From positions 96,001 through 160,000 of the forward strand of contig MTMF02000009.1 of assembly GCA_002011125.2 (NCBI GenBank): a DNA stretch of 64,000 bases, in the 5' to 3' direction. Position numbers and translations under genes: made by a program. Of the stretch, positions 39,402-49,696 are shown in pieces (position 1 is the stretch's first letter; each line of letters opens with the position of its first letter). The notes beneath the pieces were generated by a model that did not search any database, was not told where the DNA came from, and saw only the letters and a program-made list of their open reading frames with translations. Source of the DNA: Candidatus Hydrothermarchaeum profundi. GTDB lineage: Archaea; Hydrothermarchaeota; Hydrothermarchaeia; Hydrothermarchaeales; Hydrothermarchaeaceae.

Positions 39402-41486
39402 TCATAGTGGGCATTCCCCAGTAATGCAGCCACCAGAGAATTCAGAGTCCGCCACTATCCCCTCCCCCGTTTCTTTTTTTAGACCGCCAACTACTAACAC
39501 CTGTTTTTCTTTACTGCCATAGCGATATACTGTAATGCCCTTGCATTTCATCTTATAAGCCATCATAAAGATTTTCCTGATATCTTCTAAAGTAGCATTA
39601 GCAGGTAAATTAACAGTTTTAGAAACAGCATTATCTACATATTTTTGGAAGGCTGCCTGCATCTTAACATGCCACTCAGGCGCAACATCTAGAGAGGTAA
39701 CAAATACTCTTTTAATATCTTCAGGTATTCCTTGAATGCCTTGGATGGTTCCATAGCGAGAAATCTTTATCATTAGATCATTGCTGTAAAATCCCCTCTC
39801 TTTAGCCACTTCCTCGAATACTGGGTTCACCTCCAACAGCTGGGTTCCCATAACGTTTCTCATAAAGCTCAGTGCAAAGATGGGTTCAATACTGGATGTG
39901 GTGCCAGCAATTATGCTTATAGTCCCAGTCGGTGCAATGCTATTCACAGTCGCATTCCTCATTCCTTTATATTTCCCCTTCCAAATGCTTTTTTCAAAAT
40001 TGGGAAAAGATCCGCGCTCTTCAGCAAGCTCTAATGACTTTTTTCTGGACTCCTCGCTTATGAATTTCATTATCTTCTCAGCGGTCTTTAAAGCTTCCTT
40101 AGAGTCATAAGGGATAGAGAGCTTCGCCAGCATCTCAGCAAGCCCCATAACTCCTAGACCTATTTTCCGATTATTCTTAGTGGTTATCTCTATTTGTTTG
40201 ATGGGATACTTGTTCGCATCAATAACGTTATCCAGAAAATGAATTCCAAGCCTAATGGTTTCTCTTAGTTTCTCCCAATCTATCTCTCCATCCTTCACCA
40301 TCTTAGAGAGATTAACTGAACCTAGATTACATGACTCATAGGGTAAAAGGGGAACCTCCCCACAGGGGTTAGTGCTTTCTATAACACCAAGTTTTCTCAA
40401 TGGATGCCTCCGATTAATTTCATCCAAAAAAACTAAACCTGGGTCACCAGTGCGCCAAGCCATGGTCACTATTAGGTCAAAAACATCTCGCGCCCTCAAT
40501 TTTCCTACAGGCTTCCCAGTTCTAGGATTAATTAATTCATATTCCTCATCTTTTTTTACTGCCTCCATAAATACGTCAGTTACCCCCACCGATATGTTAA
40601 AGTTGTCCAAAAATCCTTCTTTCTCCTTAGCTGTTATAAACTCTATAATATCAGGGTGGTCCACTCTAAGAATACCCATATTAGCTCCTCTTCGTCTACC
40701 TCCCTGCTTTATCACCTCAGTTGCCTGATCAAATACACGCATAAATGAGACCGGTCCTGAAGCGACTCCTTTGGTTGTACGTACAATGTCTCCTCTAGGT
40801 CTTAGCCTAGAAAACGAAAAACCTGTTCCCCCACCAGACTGGTGTATTAGACTCATATCCCTCAATGTCTCAAATATGCTCTTCAAAGAATCTTCAATTG
40901 GGAGGACAAAACAAGCACTTAACTGCCCAAGATCCGTACCTGCATTCATGAGAGTCGGAGAATTTGGTAGAAAATTAAGAGATGCCATGGCATTATAGAA
41001 ACTCTCTTCAGACTTCTCTACGTCCCCACCATATCTCTTATCTATTGCTGCGATAGCCTTAGCTACCCTCCTAAACATCCCAGAAGGAGTTTCTATTATA
41101 TTTCCGTTTTCATCCTTTAAGAGATAACGCCTTTCCAGTACCCTAATCGCATTTAGGTTTAGCTTAAGTTCGTCTTTTTCAACTCCCAAAAGTTTTTTAG
41201 CTTCTCTTACCTCAGTTCGCTTTTGTCTATAAAGAATGTATGCCTTAGCTACTCTTGCATGGCCATTCTTAATTAATACCTCCTCAACTATGTCCTGAAC
41301 ATCCTCAACGCTGGGGATAGCATTCTTGAATCTCTCTTTGAGAATTTCAACTACTTGTTGAGACATCTCCCTAGCAAGGTCTCCATCCCTTTCTTTAACA
41401 GCTAGGATAGCTTTTTGTATTGCAATAGTTATCTTTTGCGAATCAAACGGGACTAGTCTTCCATCTCTCTTGCGTATTTTTTCCAT
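39402..41486 (-). CDS. nrdJ: Class II (adenosylcobalamin-dependent) ribonucleotide reductase with ATP cone
   Basis: IRKRDG ATP cone, [33 protein letters not shown]-terminal Cys pair CITGEC; no intein seen. Confidence 0.94.
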   Translation of the reverse strand: MEKIRKRDGRLVPFDSQKITIAIQKAILAVKERDGDLAREMSQQVVEILKERFKNAIPSVEDVQDIVEEVLIKNGHARVAKAYILYRQKRTEVREAKKLLGVEKDELKLNLNAIRVLERRYLLKDENGNIIETPSGMFRRVAKAIAAIDKRYGGDVEKSEESFYNAMASLNFLPNSPTLMNAGTDLGQLSACFVLPIEDSLKSIFETLRDMSLIHQSGGGTGFSFSRLRPRGDIVRTTKGVASGPVSFMRVFDQATEVIKQGGRRRGANMGILRVDHPDIIEFITAKEKEGFLDNFNISVGVTDVFMEAVKKDEEYELINPRTGKPVGKLRARDVFDLIVTMAWRTGDPGLVFLDEINRRHPLRKLGVIESTNPCGEVPLLPYESCNLGSVNLSKMVKDGEIDWEKLRETIRLGIHFLDNVIDANKYPIKQIEITTKNNRKIGLGVMGLAEMLAKLSIPYDSKEALKTAEKIMKFISEESRKKSLELAEERGSFPNFEKSIWKGKYKGMRNATVNSIAPTGTISIIAGTTSSIEPIFALSFMRNVMGTQLLEVNPVFEEVAKERGFYSNDLMIKISRYGTIQGIQGIPEDIKRVFVTSLDVAPEWHVKMQAAFQKYVDNAVSKTVNLPANATLEDIRKIFMMAYKMKCKGITVYRYGSKEKQVLVVGGLKKETGEGIVADSEFSGGCITGECPL

Positions 41487-41635
41487 TTTCAAGTCAACTT
41501 TAGGATTGTCATATTTTCTTTAAATATTTAATCCTTAAACTAATAAAAAAAAGAAATATTTATATATTATAAGATTTTTTATTTTTTCCTTATATATTAT
41601 AGTTGTTAATATTATAAATTTATTAGGGCAGACCT

Positions 41636-43165
41636 ATGAATGAGAAGATATGTCTCAGGGATTTTCCAGAATTCGTGAGGCTTGAGGTCTCTAGAGACTT
41701 ATCTTCAAAAATTTTTAATACCGTTTTAGAAAATATTAAAGAAGAAACTGTCGACGCTGATTGTTACGAAGAATGGCCCTCAAATTTCTTTTATGGTAAG
41801 ATTGGAGGAAAAATTTTAGAGGCTTTAAAACAAGGAACGCTAACAGGGCGGGAGATTATAGAAAAAACAGGGATATCAAAAAATACCTTTTACCATAAGA
41901 TAGCTGAACTTAAGAAGGAAGGGATAGTAAAAGGACGCTATGAAATAACTGGACTCAGACCAAAATTTTCTTATCTCTACAGCTTTGAAAGTCTTTCTCC
42001 CAACGAACGCCGGAGTAAAGGAATTTCAAAGGAAGATGTAATCATCGCTCTTTATCTATGGCCAAAGTACAAAGAGGCATGTTTAAAGGAGAGAATAAGT
42101 CCTAGCACTAACAGATACTCGGTTGGATACCGTGACCTCTTTAGCCTTGCACAGGCTATTAAGACATGGAAAAAAGGAGACCACATGATACCAAAGTGGG
42201 TTCTCATTGCTCTTGCTGAAGCTTCCAACCAATTAAATTTGGTAGAATCAGAAGGAGCTATACTAAGTTATTCTTTGCCTCCAGGTATAAAGGTTGCCCC
42301 CTACTATGAAGGTAAATATAAAATACCGATAGATGTAGGAGTGGAACTCGATATAGCCACAATCCAGTTTCTAGTTAAAGGCACAGAATCTAGGAGATAT
42401 AATCACAAGAATAAAGAACATTTCTTTGAAAAACTCTTTAAAACCTTTGGAGTGTTTCCACAGAATGATGGCAGAGTTCCAGGAGTGATATTGGAAATAA
42501 TAAAGAAACATTACAATGTTTGTATTTCTAAGGAAAATGCTAGGATACCAGAACTAATATTCAAAAAGCTAGAGGAACTAAAAGACCCTGAAAAAATGCA
42601 GAAAGAGATAGAATTATTAGAGGGAATATTAGAGTTAGGCAGCCATTCTAATGGATATGTAGAAATTACCTGTAGGTCAGAGAATTTTTTCAAAGATCTG
42701 TCACAGATAACTGAATCAGTAGGAATAGGAGAGCTAAATATTAGAAATAGAAGGGATAGACCGCATTTTAGAAGTGAGCTATCTATAAAAAAATTTGAGA
42801 ATGCAAAAAAAAGATTAGAACATATAAAAGAGATCTACGCTAAAATTGACCAAATATATCCCGACATTAGGGTATGGGAAAATATCCCTTTAAACAAAAT
42901 AAGAGAGAAGATAAGGACGATAGATGGGGATATCAAAAAGTTAGAAGAGATATGTAAAGAAGAACTTGCCACTCATTTAAACTCGGCTTTAGAGAGCATT
43001 TATAGAAACAAGCCGATTTATCGGAGGGTAGTCCAGTCCTCTTATCTCAAACAAGAGATGATGGAGTATTTCTGGACTAATAAGAAGATTCCCAGCACTA
43101 GGAATGTCCAAGAATTTTTATCAAATAAACTTGCAGAAACTCCATTTATCCATCGAGTTATTTAG
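41636..43165 (+). CDS. Hypothetical DNA-binding protein: wHTH plus degenerate LAGLIDADG-like region
   Basis: wHTH (KILEALKQG.LT.REIIEKTGISKNTFYHKI.EL...GIV); later KENARIPELIF...LLEGILELGS...VEITCRSENFFKDLSQITESVGI. Confidence 0.55.
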   Translation: MNEKICLRDFPEFVRLEVSRDLSSKIFNTVLENIKEETVDADCYEEWPSNFFYGKIGGKILEALKQGTLTGREIIEKTGISKNTFYHKIAELKKEGIVKGRYEITGLRPKFSYLYSFESLSPNERRSKGISKEDVIIALYLWPKYKEACLKERISPSTNRYSVGYRDLFSLAQAIKTWKKGDHMIPKWVLIALAEASNQLNLVESEGAILSYSLPPGIKVAPYYEGKYKIPIDVGVELDIATIQFLVKGTESRRYNHKNKEHFFEKLFKTFGVFPQNDGRVPGVILEIIKKHYNVCISKENARIPELIFKKLEELKDPEKMQKEIELLEGILELGSHSNGYVEITCRSENFFKDLSQITESVGIGELNIRNRRDRPHFRSELSIKKFENAKKRLEHIKEIYAKIDQIYPDIRVWENIPLNKIREKIRTIDGDIKKLEEICKEELATHLNSALESIYRNKPIYRRVVQSSYLKQEMMEYFWTNKKIPSTRNVQEFLSNKLAETPFIHRVI

Positions 43166-43221
43166 CGGCCCTCTGCTTTTGGATAAATTTTTAATTACTA
43201 AAAGATTCTTGGAGTAATAGG

Positions 43222-43995
43222 GTGAGCACTACGCATATCAGATTCAAGGTATATCGTAGCTCAGGCAAACAAAAAAAATATGACGTATATGAGCTAAAAG
43301 CAGAATCGGGGATGACTGTTCTCGACGCTCTTCTAAAAATAAAAGAGGAACAAGATGGAACCCTAGGCGTAAGATATTCTTGCCGGTGGTCGGTCTGTGG
43401 CTCTTGCGGGATGTTAATTAATAAGATTCCCCGTCTTGCATGTAGAACTATGGTTAGCGAGGTGGAAAATGAAACTGTGCTTAGAATTGAAGGCTGGGGG
43501 CCTATTGCTAAGCCCGTTTTCCGGAAAGCAAAAGGTGAGATATTGCTTGAGCCTTTGCCTAATCTCCCAGTAGTGAAGGACCTAATAGTTGACTGGCGGC
43601 CATTCTTCGAGAAATTAAAAAAAGTCGAACCATGGTTGGTAGGAGGAGAAGTTCAACCTGATAAAGAGCGGTTAATGAATAATGAAAGAAGTCTTGAACT
43701 TGGGGTATATGCAAACTGTATACTTTGTGCCGTATGCTATGGCTCTTGCCCTGTAGTGGAGAGAGATAGGGAATATCTTGGTCCAGCTGCATTATCCCAA
43801 GCTTGGAGATTCTTTAACGATCCTCGTCACATTGAAAAGAAAAAAATATTAGATCTAGTTGACTCACAGCAGGGCATCTGGGGATGTGACGGGGTTTATA
43901 ATTGCACTGAAGTCTGCCCTAAATCTGTTAAGCCAACTCAGGCAATCATGGCACTTAGGAGAAACGCATTTAAGTATAAATTAATGAGGAGATAA
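43222..43995 (+). CDS. sdhB: Succinate dehydrogenase/fumarate reductase Fe-S subunit
   Basis: SCRWSVCGSC...LAC [2Fe-2S], CILCAVCYGSCP, C.....CTEVCPK. Confidence 0.92.
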   Translation: MSTTHIRFKVYRSSGKQKKYDVYELKAESGMTVLDALLKIKEEQDGTLGVRYSCRWSVCGSCGMLINKIPRLACRTMVSEVENETVLRIEGWGPIAKPVFRKAKGEILLEPLPNLPVVKDLIVDWRPFFEKLKKVEPWLVGGEVQPDKERLMNNERSLELGVYANCILCAVCYGSCPVVERDREYLGPAALSQAWRFFNDPRHIEKKKILDLVDSQQGIWGCDGVYNCTEVCPKSVKPTQAIMALRRNAFKYKLMRR

Positions 43996-43996
43996 T

Positions 43997-44323
43997 ATGA
44001 GTCAAAAACCTGGAAACTCGGGTATGATAGCTTGGCTTCTTCAAAGAATCACTGGCTTATTACTCGTCGCTTACCTCGCCACGCATCTATGGGTAAATCA
44101 TTTTTCACATATCACAACCCCTCTAGACGACTTCTTTCTTTTTTTACTTGGAGATAAGTTTTTGCCTGTGCTACTTGCTCTACTCACTTATCATGCGTTA
44201 AATGGCTTCCGAGTTTTTGCTATCGATTTTGGGATAGGCGCCAGAGGTCAAAAACTGCTATTTTGGGGTCTTGTAGTGTTAGGGGGCGCAATTTTTTTCT
44301 TCTGGGTGTTTGACTTTGGCTAG
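43997..44323 (+). CDS. sdhC: Succinate dehydrogenase cytochrome b membrane anchor
   Basis: [16 protein letters not shown]; three TM helices. Confidence 0.8.
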   Translation: MSQKPGNSGMIAWLLQRITGLLLVAYLATHLWVNHFSHITTPLDDFFLFLLGDKFLPVLLALLTYHALNGFRVFAIDFGIGARGQKLLFWGLVVLGGAIFFFWVFDFG

Positions 44324-44355
44324 ACATCAAAAATTGGGGAAGGAGATTTGATAAC

Positions 44356-46032
44356 TTGCTAAAACATGATATTGTAATTATAGGTGGAGGTCTCACAGGC
44401 CTTAGAGCAGCACTTGAAGCAAGCGGTAAGGCCAATGTAGCACTAATCTCAAAAGTTCATCCTCTCAGATCACATTCTGTAGCAGCTCAAGGAGGAATAA
44501 ACGCTGCACTAGGTCCGGAGGATAGTTGGGAGAAGCACGCCTTCGACACCATAAAAGGGAGCGACTATTTAGCTGATCAAGACGCTGTGGAAGTTCTATG
44601 CAAAGAAGCGCCACAGGCAGTGATAGAACTCGAACATCTCGGGGTTTTGTTTAGCAGAGATGAATATGATAAGATTGCTCTTCGCCCTTTTGGGGGAGGT
44701 ATGTATCCAAGGACGTGTTATGTTGGGGATATGACTGGACATGCCTTAATGCATACTCTATATCAACAGCTATTAAAAGAAGGAGTCAAAATCTATGAGG
44801 AATGGTTTATTACTTCCTTAGTGGTTTCGGATGGAAGATGCGTGGGATTAACCGCCTTGGAAATACCTACTGGGAAACTGCATGCAATTCAAGCTAAATC
44901 GGTTATTATAGCAACTGGTGGATATGGAAGAGTTTACGCTAACAGCACCAACGCTCATATAAATACAGGAGATGGAATTGCAATAGCCTATAGAGCTGGT
45001 GCTCCCTTAATGGATATGGAGTTTGTTCAGTTCCACCCTACTACGCTTTTCGGAAGCAATATTTTGATAACTGAGGGTGCTAGAGGGGAGGGTGCTTACT
45101 TGCTTAATAAAAAGGGCGAGAGGTTTATGAAACGGTATGCGCCTGATAAGATGGAGTTAGCTCCTAGAGATATAGTAGCACGCTCAATCGTCACAGAGAT
45201 AAAAGAAGGTAGAGCATATGAGGAAGGATACGTCTTGTTGGATATGCGGCATCTGGGTGGAAAGAAGATTAGGGAAAGGCTGCCGCAGGTGAGGGATATA
45301 ATAATAAATTTTTATGGCGCTGATCCAGAGACTGAACCTATAAAAGTGCAGCCTGGACAACATTACTCTATGGGTGGTATAAAAGTTGACGTCACTGCAG
45401 CTAGCCCAATTAAGGGGCTCTATGCCGCAGGAGAATGCGCATGTGTAAGCGTCCATGGTGCAAACCGTTTAGGAGGAAACTCCCTTTTAGAGACTATCGT
45501 ATTTGGCAAAATAGCTGCAAAAAGCTCTTTGAAATATATTGAAGAGATAGATTTTGTTGGAGAAGAAGTCCTCGCTTCTAAGTTTGAGGAAGAAAATAAA
45601 CGAATTAATGAAATAAAAGCAAGAAAAAGAGGTATTAGACATTCTAAGATTAGAAAAGAACTTAAAAATCTTATGATGAATAATGTTGGGATATTTAGAG
45701 AAAAGGAGAGTCTACAGAGAGCCTTAGATAGAATCTCAGAGCTAAAAAAGCTGTACAATAATATATTTTTAGACGATAAAGGGGATATATACAATCAAGA
45801 TTTAATAAATGCTTTTGAACTAGGCTTTCTCCTTGATATTGCAGAAACTATATGCATAGGTGCTCTTAGAAGGGAGGAGAGTAGAGGCTCCCATTATAGG
45901 GTTGACTTTCCGAAAAGAGATGACAAAAATTGGCTTAAACATTCCCTATTCTACTATACACCAGAAGGCCCTCGAGTAGAATATTGCGATGTCACTATAA
46001 CCCGATTCCCCCCCAAAGAGAGGGAATACTGA
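44356..46032 (+). CDS. sdhA: Succinate dehydrogenase/fumarate reductase flavoprotein
   Basis: [10 protein letters not shown] covalent-FAD His, [30 protein letters not shown]. Confidence 0.95.
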   Translation: MLKHDIVIIGGGLTGLRAALEASGKANVALISKVHPLRSHSVAAQGGINAALGPEDSWEKHAFDTIKGSDYLADQDAVEVLCKEAPQAVIELEHLGVLFSRDEYDKIALRPFGGGMYPRTCYVGDMTGHALMHTLYQQLLKEGVKIYEEWFITSLVVSDGRCVGLTALEIPTGKLHAIQAKSVIIATGGYGRVYANSTNAHINTGDGIAIAYRAGAPLMDMEFVQFHPTTLFGSNILITEGARGEGAYLLNKKGERFMKRYAPDKMELAPRDIVARSIVTEIKEGRAYEEGYVLLDMRHLGGKKIRERLPQVRDIIINFYGADPETEPIKVQPGQHYSMGGIKVDVTAASPIKGLYAAGECACVSVHGANRLGGNSLLETIVFGKIAAKSSLKYIEEIDFVGEEVLASKFEEENKRINEIKARKRGIRHSKIRKELKNLMMNNVGIFREKESLQRALDRISELKKLYNNIFLDDKGDIYNQDLINAFELGFLLDIAETICIGALRREESRGSHYRVDFPKRDDKNWLKHSLFYYTPEGPRVEYCDVTITRFPPKEREY

Positions 46033-47268
46033 TCATCTCAATTTCTCAGGGGCCCACTTTTCTAAAGCTATTTTGAGTTCTCTATGATTTTCCGCATATT
46101 CTTTGAGAGATATTCCTTCTACTACTGCGCTAACTGCCTGCCGCATAGCGGTAGCACCAGCCCTCGTTCCTTCATCATGCCCATGGATCCCTCCGCCAGC
46201 CTGAATTACAACATTTATGCCAGATATTTTTATAAGATCGTCAACTATTCCTGGATGTAAGCCGCCTGAAGCAACACTCAACACCTTCCTCAATCCAATC
46301 TCTTCTTCTAGAACTGCTTTGTACTGTAAGTCCTCATCAGGCGAGCCCTTCATCTTTCCGACACCAAACGAGCCTATATGGAGCTGGTCTACTCCTATTA
46401 AACGAGCTATTTTTGCTATTACTTTCATCGATATACCATGCCGCTTATGTCTAGTTAAAGCCGCATGCCCTGCCCTATGGGCATGTATTACCCTATCAAG
46501 GCCTGCATTTCTAATTGTTTGAAGAGAGGCCCAGCCCGAGGTCAGGATATCGACCATTATGTATTCCCCGCCGTTTTCCTTAACCAGTCTGGCTCTTTCA
46601 AGCATCTCGAGAGTTTCAGCAGTTATGTTTGGCATATAGATCTTCTTTTCTCCTGTTTCCTCCTCAGCTTTATCTCTCATCCTTAGAGTTTCCTTAATTC
46701 TCTTCGAGAAGGGATTGAACTTCATATTAGCTAGGTTTTCATCATCTTTAACTATATCAACGCCCCCTACCCAAGCTTCATATGCAACCTTAGCATGCTC
46801 TTTCGCGTTTAATCCAAGCTTTGGTTTTATTATGGTTCCAATAAAAGGCCTATTTTTAATCCCAGTGAGATCTCGAATACCTTCAATCCCAAATTTAGGG
46901 CCTTTAAAAGATCTTACGATACCCTCTGGGAATATGACATCTAAAAGCCTAAGATGAGTCACTTCCTTAAGTCCAAAAATGTTTCCAGCTATTGAACTCA
47001 GTATCTGAGGCATATTGGCTTCTTCAAAAAGTACTTGAGGATATGCGATTTTGGCTGTTTTTGATTCAAGGTCATGATAAAATACCTTCGGGGCTAATTT
47101 CCTTTTTATTTCATCCTTCATCGTAGTAAGTGCAGTCCAAGTGCCTATAGAACTCTCCGCGGCAATCCTCTCGGCCGCCTCTAAATGGGGAATCCCTTCT
47201 ACTTCGTAATAAAACTCGCAAACTAAATCGCCAGACGAAGGAGTATAATTTAAGTCAAGATAGCTCAC
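46033..47268 (-). CDS. rbcL: Form III RuBisCO large subunit
   Basis: AAESSIGTW, GTIIKPKLGL, D..KDDE, HAHRAGH, GKM.G loop 6, SGGLHPG, GGG..GH; full catalytic set rather than an RLP. Confidence 0.92.
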   Translation of the reverse strand: MSYLDLNYTPSSGDLVCEFYYEVEGIPHLEAAERIAAESSIGTWTALTTMKDEIKRKLAPKVFYHDLESKTAKIAYPQVLFEEANMPQILSSIAGNIFGLKEVTHLRLLDVIFPEGIVRSFKGPKFGIEGIRDLTGIKNRPFIGTIIKPKLGLNAKEHAKVAYEAWVGGVDIVKDDENLANMKFNPFSKRIKETLRMRDKAEEETGEKKIYMPNITAETLEMLERARLVKENGGEYIMVDILTSGWASLQTIRNAGLDRVIHAHRAGHAALTRHKRHGISMKVIAKIARLIGVDQLHIGSFGVGKMKGSPDEDLQYKAVLEEEIGLRKVLSVASGGLHPGIVDDLIKISGINVVIQAGGGIHGHDEGTRAGATAMRQAVSAVVEGISLKEYAENHRELKIALEKWAPEKLR

Positions 47269-47327
47269 TAGAGCACCTCCCCAGAAATATTAGAGTGCAT
47301 GTTTAAAAATGTTATCCAGCTAATGAT

Positions 47328-47516
47328 TTATAACTTTTCAGCGTAGTGACACCATTCTACTCCTTCTATCCCATTTTCAAAACACGCTGGCTCAAGTTGA
47401 TATCTATTCTTTTTCTTTGGACAATTATGTTTTGCGCTACATACTGCAATTGCTTTATCTGCCGTGAAAGTGGATATCCGGCAACTGGGGTGCAAAAGTT
47501 GTAGTGCTTTCGTCAT
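47328..47516 (-). CDS. Small Cys-containing hypothetical protein (62 aa)
   Basis: AAGGTGA SD before the ATG; five Cys; no family recognised. Confidence 0.4.
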   Translation of the reverse strand: MTKALQLLHPSCRISTFTADKAIAVCSAKHNCPKKKNRYQLEPACFENGIEGVEWCHYAEKL

Positions 47517-47623
47517 TCCTATTCACCTTAGCCCATAATGCTCGAGTCTCATTTGAAAATATTATTATAATTTATAGGGTTTTTATGTTTAAATTAAAAA
47601 AAATAGTCATAAAATATTATAAT

Positions 47624-49024
47624 TTATTTCCTCCATCTCCATCTAGTACCCTCTGGAGTATCTTCTAAAATTATTCCTTTATCATAAAGCTCAGATCTAA
47701 TTTTATCGGCCTTCGCATAATCTTTCCTACCCCTAGCCATCTCTCGCTCTTTTATCAATTTTTTAAATTCTAATGGTAACTCTTTTTTTTCAAGTCTCAA
47801 TACTCCTAAAACCTCATTAAATTTAGACATAAGATTATAAACTTCTTCTAGATTTTCTTTAGAAACCCTGCCTTCTTTCATAACCCTATTCGTCTCTCTA
47901 ACCAATTCAAAAAGCGTCACTAAAGCCTTTCTAATATTAAGGTCATCATCCATGTACTCCTCAAATTTTTTCTCTGCCTCCTTTACCTTTTTATGAAACT
48001 CTTCATTCCAAACTCCCAAAGGATTGGCTTTTTCTAATCTATCCATAAAATCTTCTAGACTAAGAACTGTATTCTTAGCCATCTCAAGGCCCCTGAAAGT
48101 GAAATTCAACTTCTGCCTATAGTGGGTTGAAATGAGCAAATAGCGTATTGCCAGGGGATCATGCCCTCTCTCCAAGAGGTCCCTTAAGGTATAAAAATTA
48201 CCGAGAGACTTAGACATTTTCTTATTCTCCACCAAAAGATGCTCATTGTGCACCCAGTAATTCACAAATCTCCTACCGGTAGCTGCTTCAGACTGAGCGA
48301 TCTCATTCTGATGGTGGGGAAATATCAAGTCTACACCGCCCGCATGAATATCCAAGGTTTCCCCTAAGTATTTCATGCTCATGGCAGAGCATTCAAGATG
48401 CCATCCGGGCCGTCCTTTCCCTAGCTCAGTGTCCCAGTATACTTCTCCGTCCTCCTCAGTATATGCTTTCCATAAAGCAAAGTCTTTTGCCTCGTCCTTG
48501 CCATATTCATCCGAGCTAACTCTAGCTCCTTCTTTTAACTCTTTGAGTTTTATCTGTGCAAGTTTCCCGTAGTCTTTAAATTTTGATATATCAAAATAGA
48601 TAGAACCGTCTGAACCTCTATATGCATAACCCTTTTCTAACAGCTTTTTTACAAGAGCCACCATCTCAGGGATATGCTTGGTGGCCCTTGGATAGTACTC
48701 CACCCGCTCTATATTAAGAGTGTCAATATCCTCAAAAAAAGCCTTAATATAACGATCAGTAAATTCCTTTAAAGAAATCCCCTCTTCCCTAGACCTCTTT
48801 ATAGTCTTATCATCAACATCAGTAAGATTCATAACCTGCGTTACTTTGAAACCTTTATATTTGAGGTACCTTCTCAAAAGGTCTTGGAATACATAGGCCC
48901 TGAAGTTACCTATATGGGCATAGTCGTATACCGTTGGTCCACAGGTGTAGATTTTTACTCTGCCTTCCTCCAGTGGGACAAACTTTTCCTTTCTCCTCGA
49001 AAGAGTATTGTAGATCTTTAACAT
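47624..49024 (-). CDS. cysS: Cysteinyl-tRNA synthetase
   Basis: CGPTVY..HIGN, GRPGWHLECS, FPHHQNE, KMSKS. Confidence 0.97.
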   Translation of the reverse strand: MLKIYNTLSRRKEKFVPLEEGRVKIYTCGPTVYDYAHIGNFRAYVFQDLLRRYLKYKGFKVTQVMNLTDVDDKTIKRSREEGISLKEFTDRYIKAFFEDIDTLNIERVEYYPRATKHIPEMVALVKKLLEKGYAYRGSDGSIYFDISKFKDYGKLAQIKLKELKEGARVSSDEYGKDEAKDFALWKAYTEEDGEVYWDTELGKGRPGWHLECSAMSMKYLGETLDIHAGGVDLIFPHHQNEIAQSEAATGRRFVNYWVHNEHLLVENKKMSKSLGNFYTLRDLLERGHDPLAIRYLLISTHYRQKLNFTFRGLEMAKNTVLSLEDFMDRLEKANPLGVWNEEFHKKVKEAEKKFEEYMDDDLNIRKALVTLFELVRETNRVMKEGRVSKENLEEVYNLMSKFNEVLGVLRLEKKELPLEFKKLIKEREMARGRKDYAKADKIRSELYDKGIILEDTPEGTRWRWRK

Positions 49025-49045
49025 GAAAGTAAATCTTAAATTCCC

Positions 49046-49150
49046 TTAAAATTTGTTTTCCTCAATTTCCTTCTGTTTGTCAAATACCCATAAGATCCTT
49101 TGACTCCAATTCATCTTGTCCCAGTCTTTAGGCATTTTTACATTTTCCAT
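49046..49150 (-). CDS. Putative 34-aa leaderless microprotein
   Basis: MENVKMPKDWDKMNWSQRILWVFDKQKEIEENKF; GAAAGG-TTTATATA about 25 nt upstream of the ATG. Confidence 0.4.
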   Translation of the reverse strand: MENVKMPKDWDKMNWSQRILWVFDKQKEIEENKF

Positions 49151-49696
49151 AGTCTCAAGGCATAATAATAGTGCTTATATAAACCTTTCCAATTGACTAG
49201 TTTTATAGAACCATTAACCAAATAAAAGACTCCTTTTCTCATTCAAAATGAAAAGATTTTGATAATAAAAGCCTTAATGCTAAAACCCAGAATTATTTTA
49301 TATGACATTAAAAGCATGAAATCGGATATTATTAATGGAGTGTTTTTGATCTATTTATTCTAATTCTGCACCTAGCTTGTTATTATACCTTACTTTTTCA
49401 AGCTCAAAAAGTCTCTCAACCCCTTTCAACTTTGTATCATCTAACTCCAAGCTCTGAATCACTCCTAGCTTAATTGGAGCAAAAATAGCATATAAGCATG
49501 AAACCTTTAGCCTCCTTTTGGCGTGAAATATTTCATTTTTAGATTAAACTATATCGAAAGAAACCCAAGCTAAGATAAAATTAGAGAATACCTTTTAATA
49601 TTTCGTTTACCCTTTTTATTGGTTATATTTACCTAAGGATTATTTCTCCAAACCTCATATTTTTATATTTATTTACAAAAAAAAGAAGGGAGCACA

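Noticed and set aside
39402-41486. Intein in nrdJ (or nrdD)
   Set aside because: Lengths are normal, catalytic motifs are contiguous and no HN-C/S/T junction is seen
155-48572. Many Ser/Ile/Phe-rich ORFs opposite the housekeeping genes
   Set aside because: Antisense shadow frames of well-supported genes
49330-49470. 31-codon minus-strand ORF (MELDDTKLKGVERLFELEK...) with a weak SD
   Set aside because: Too short, no motif and no other support
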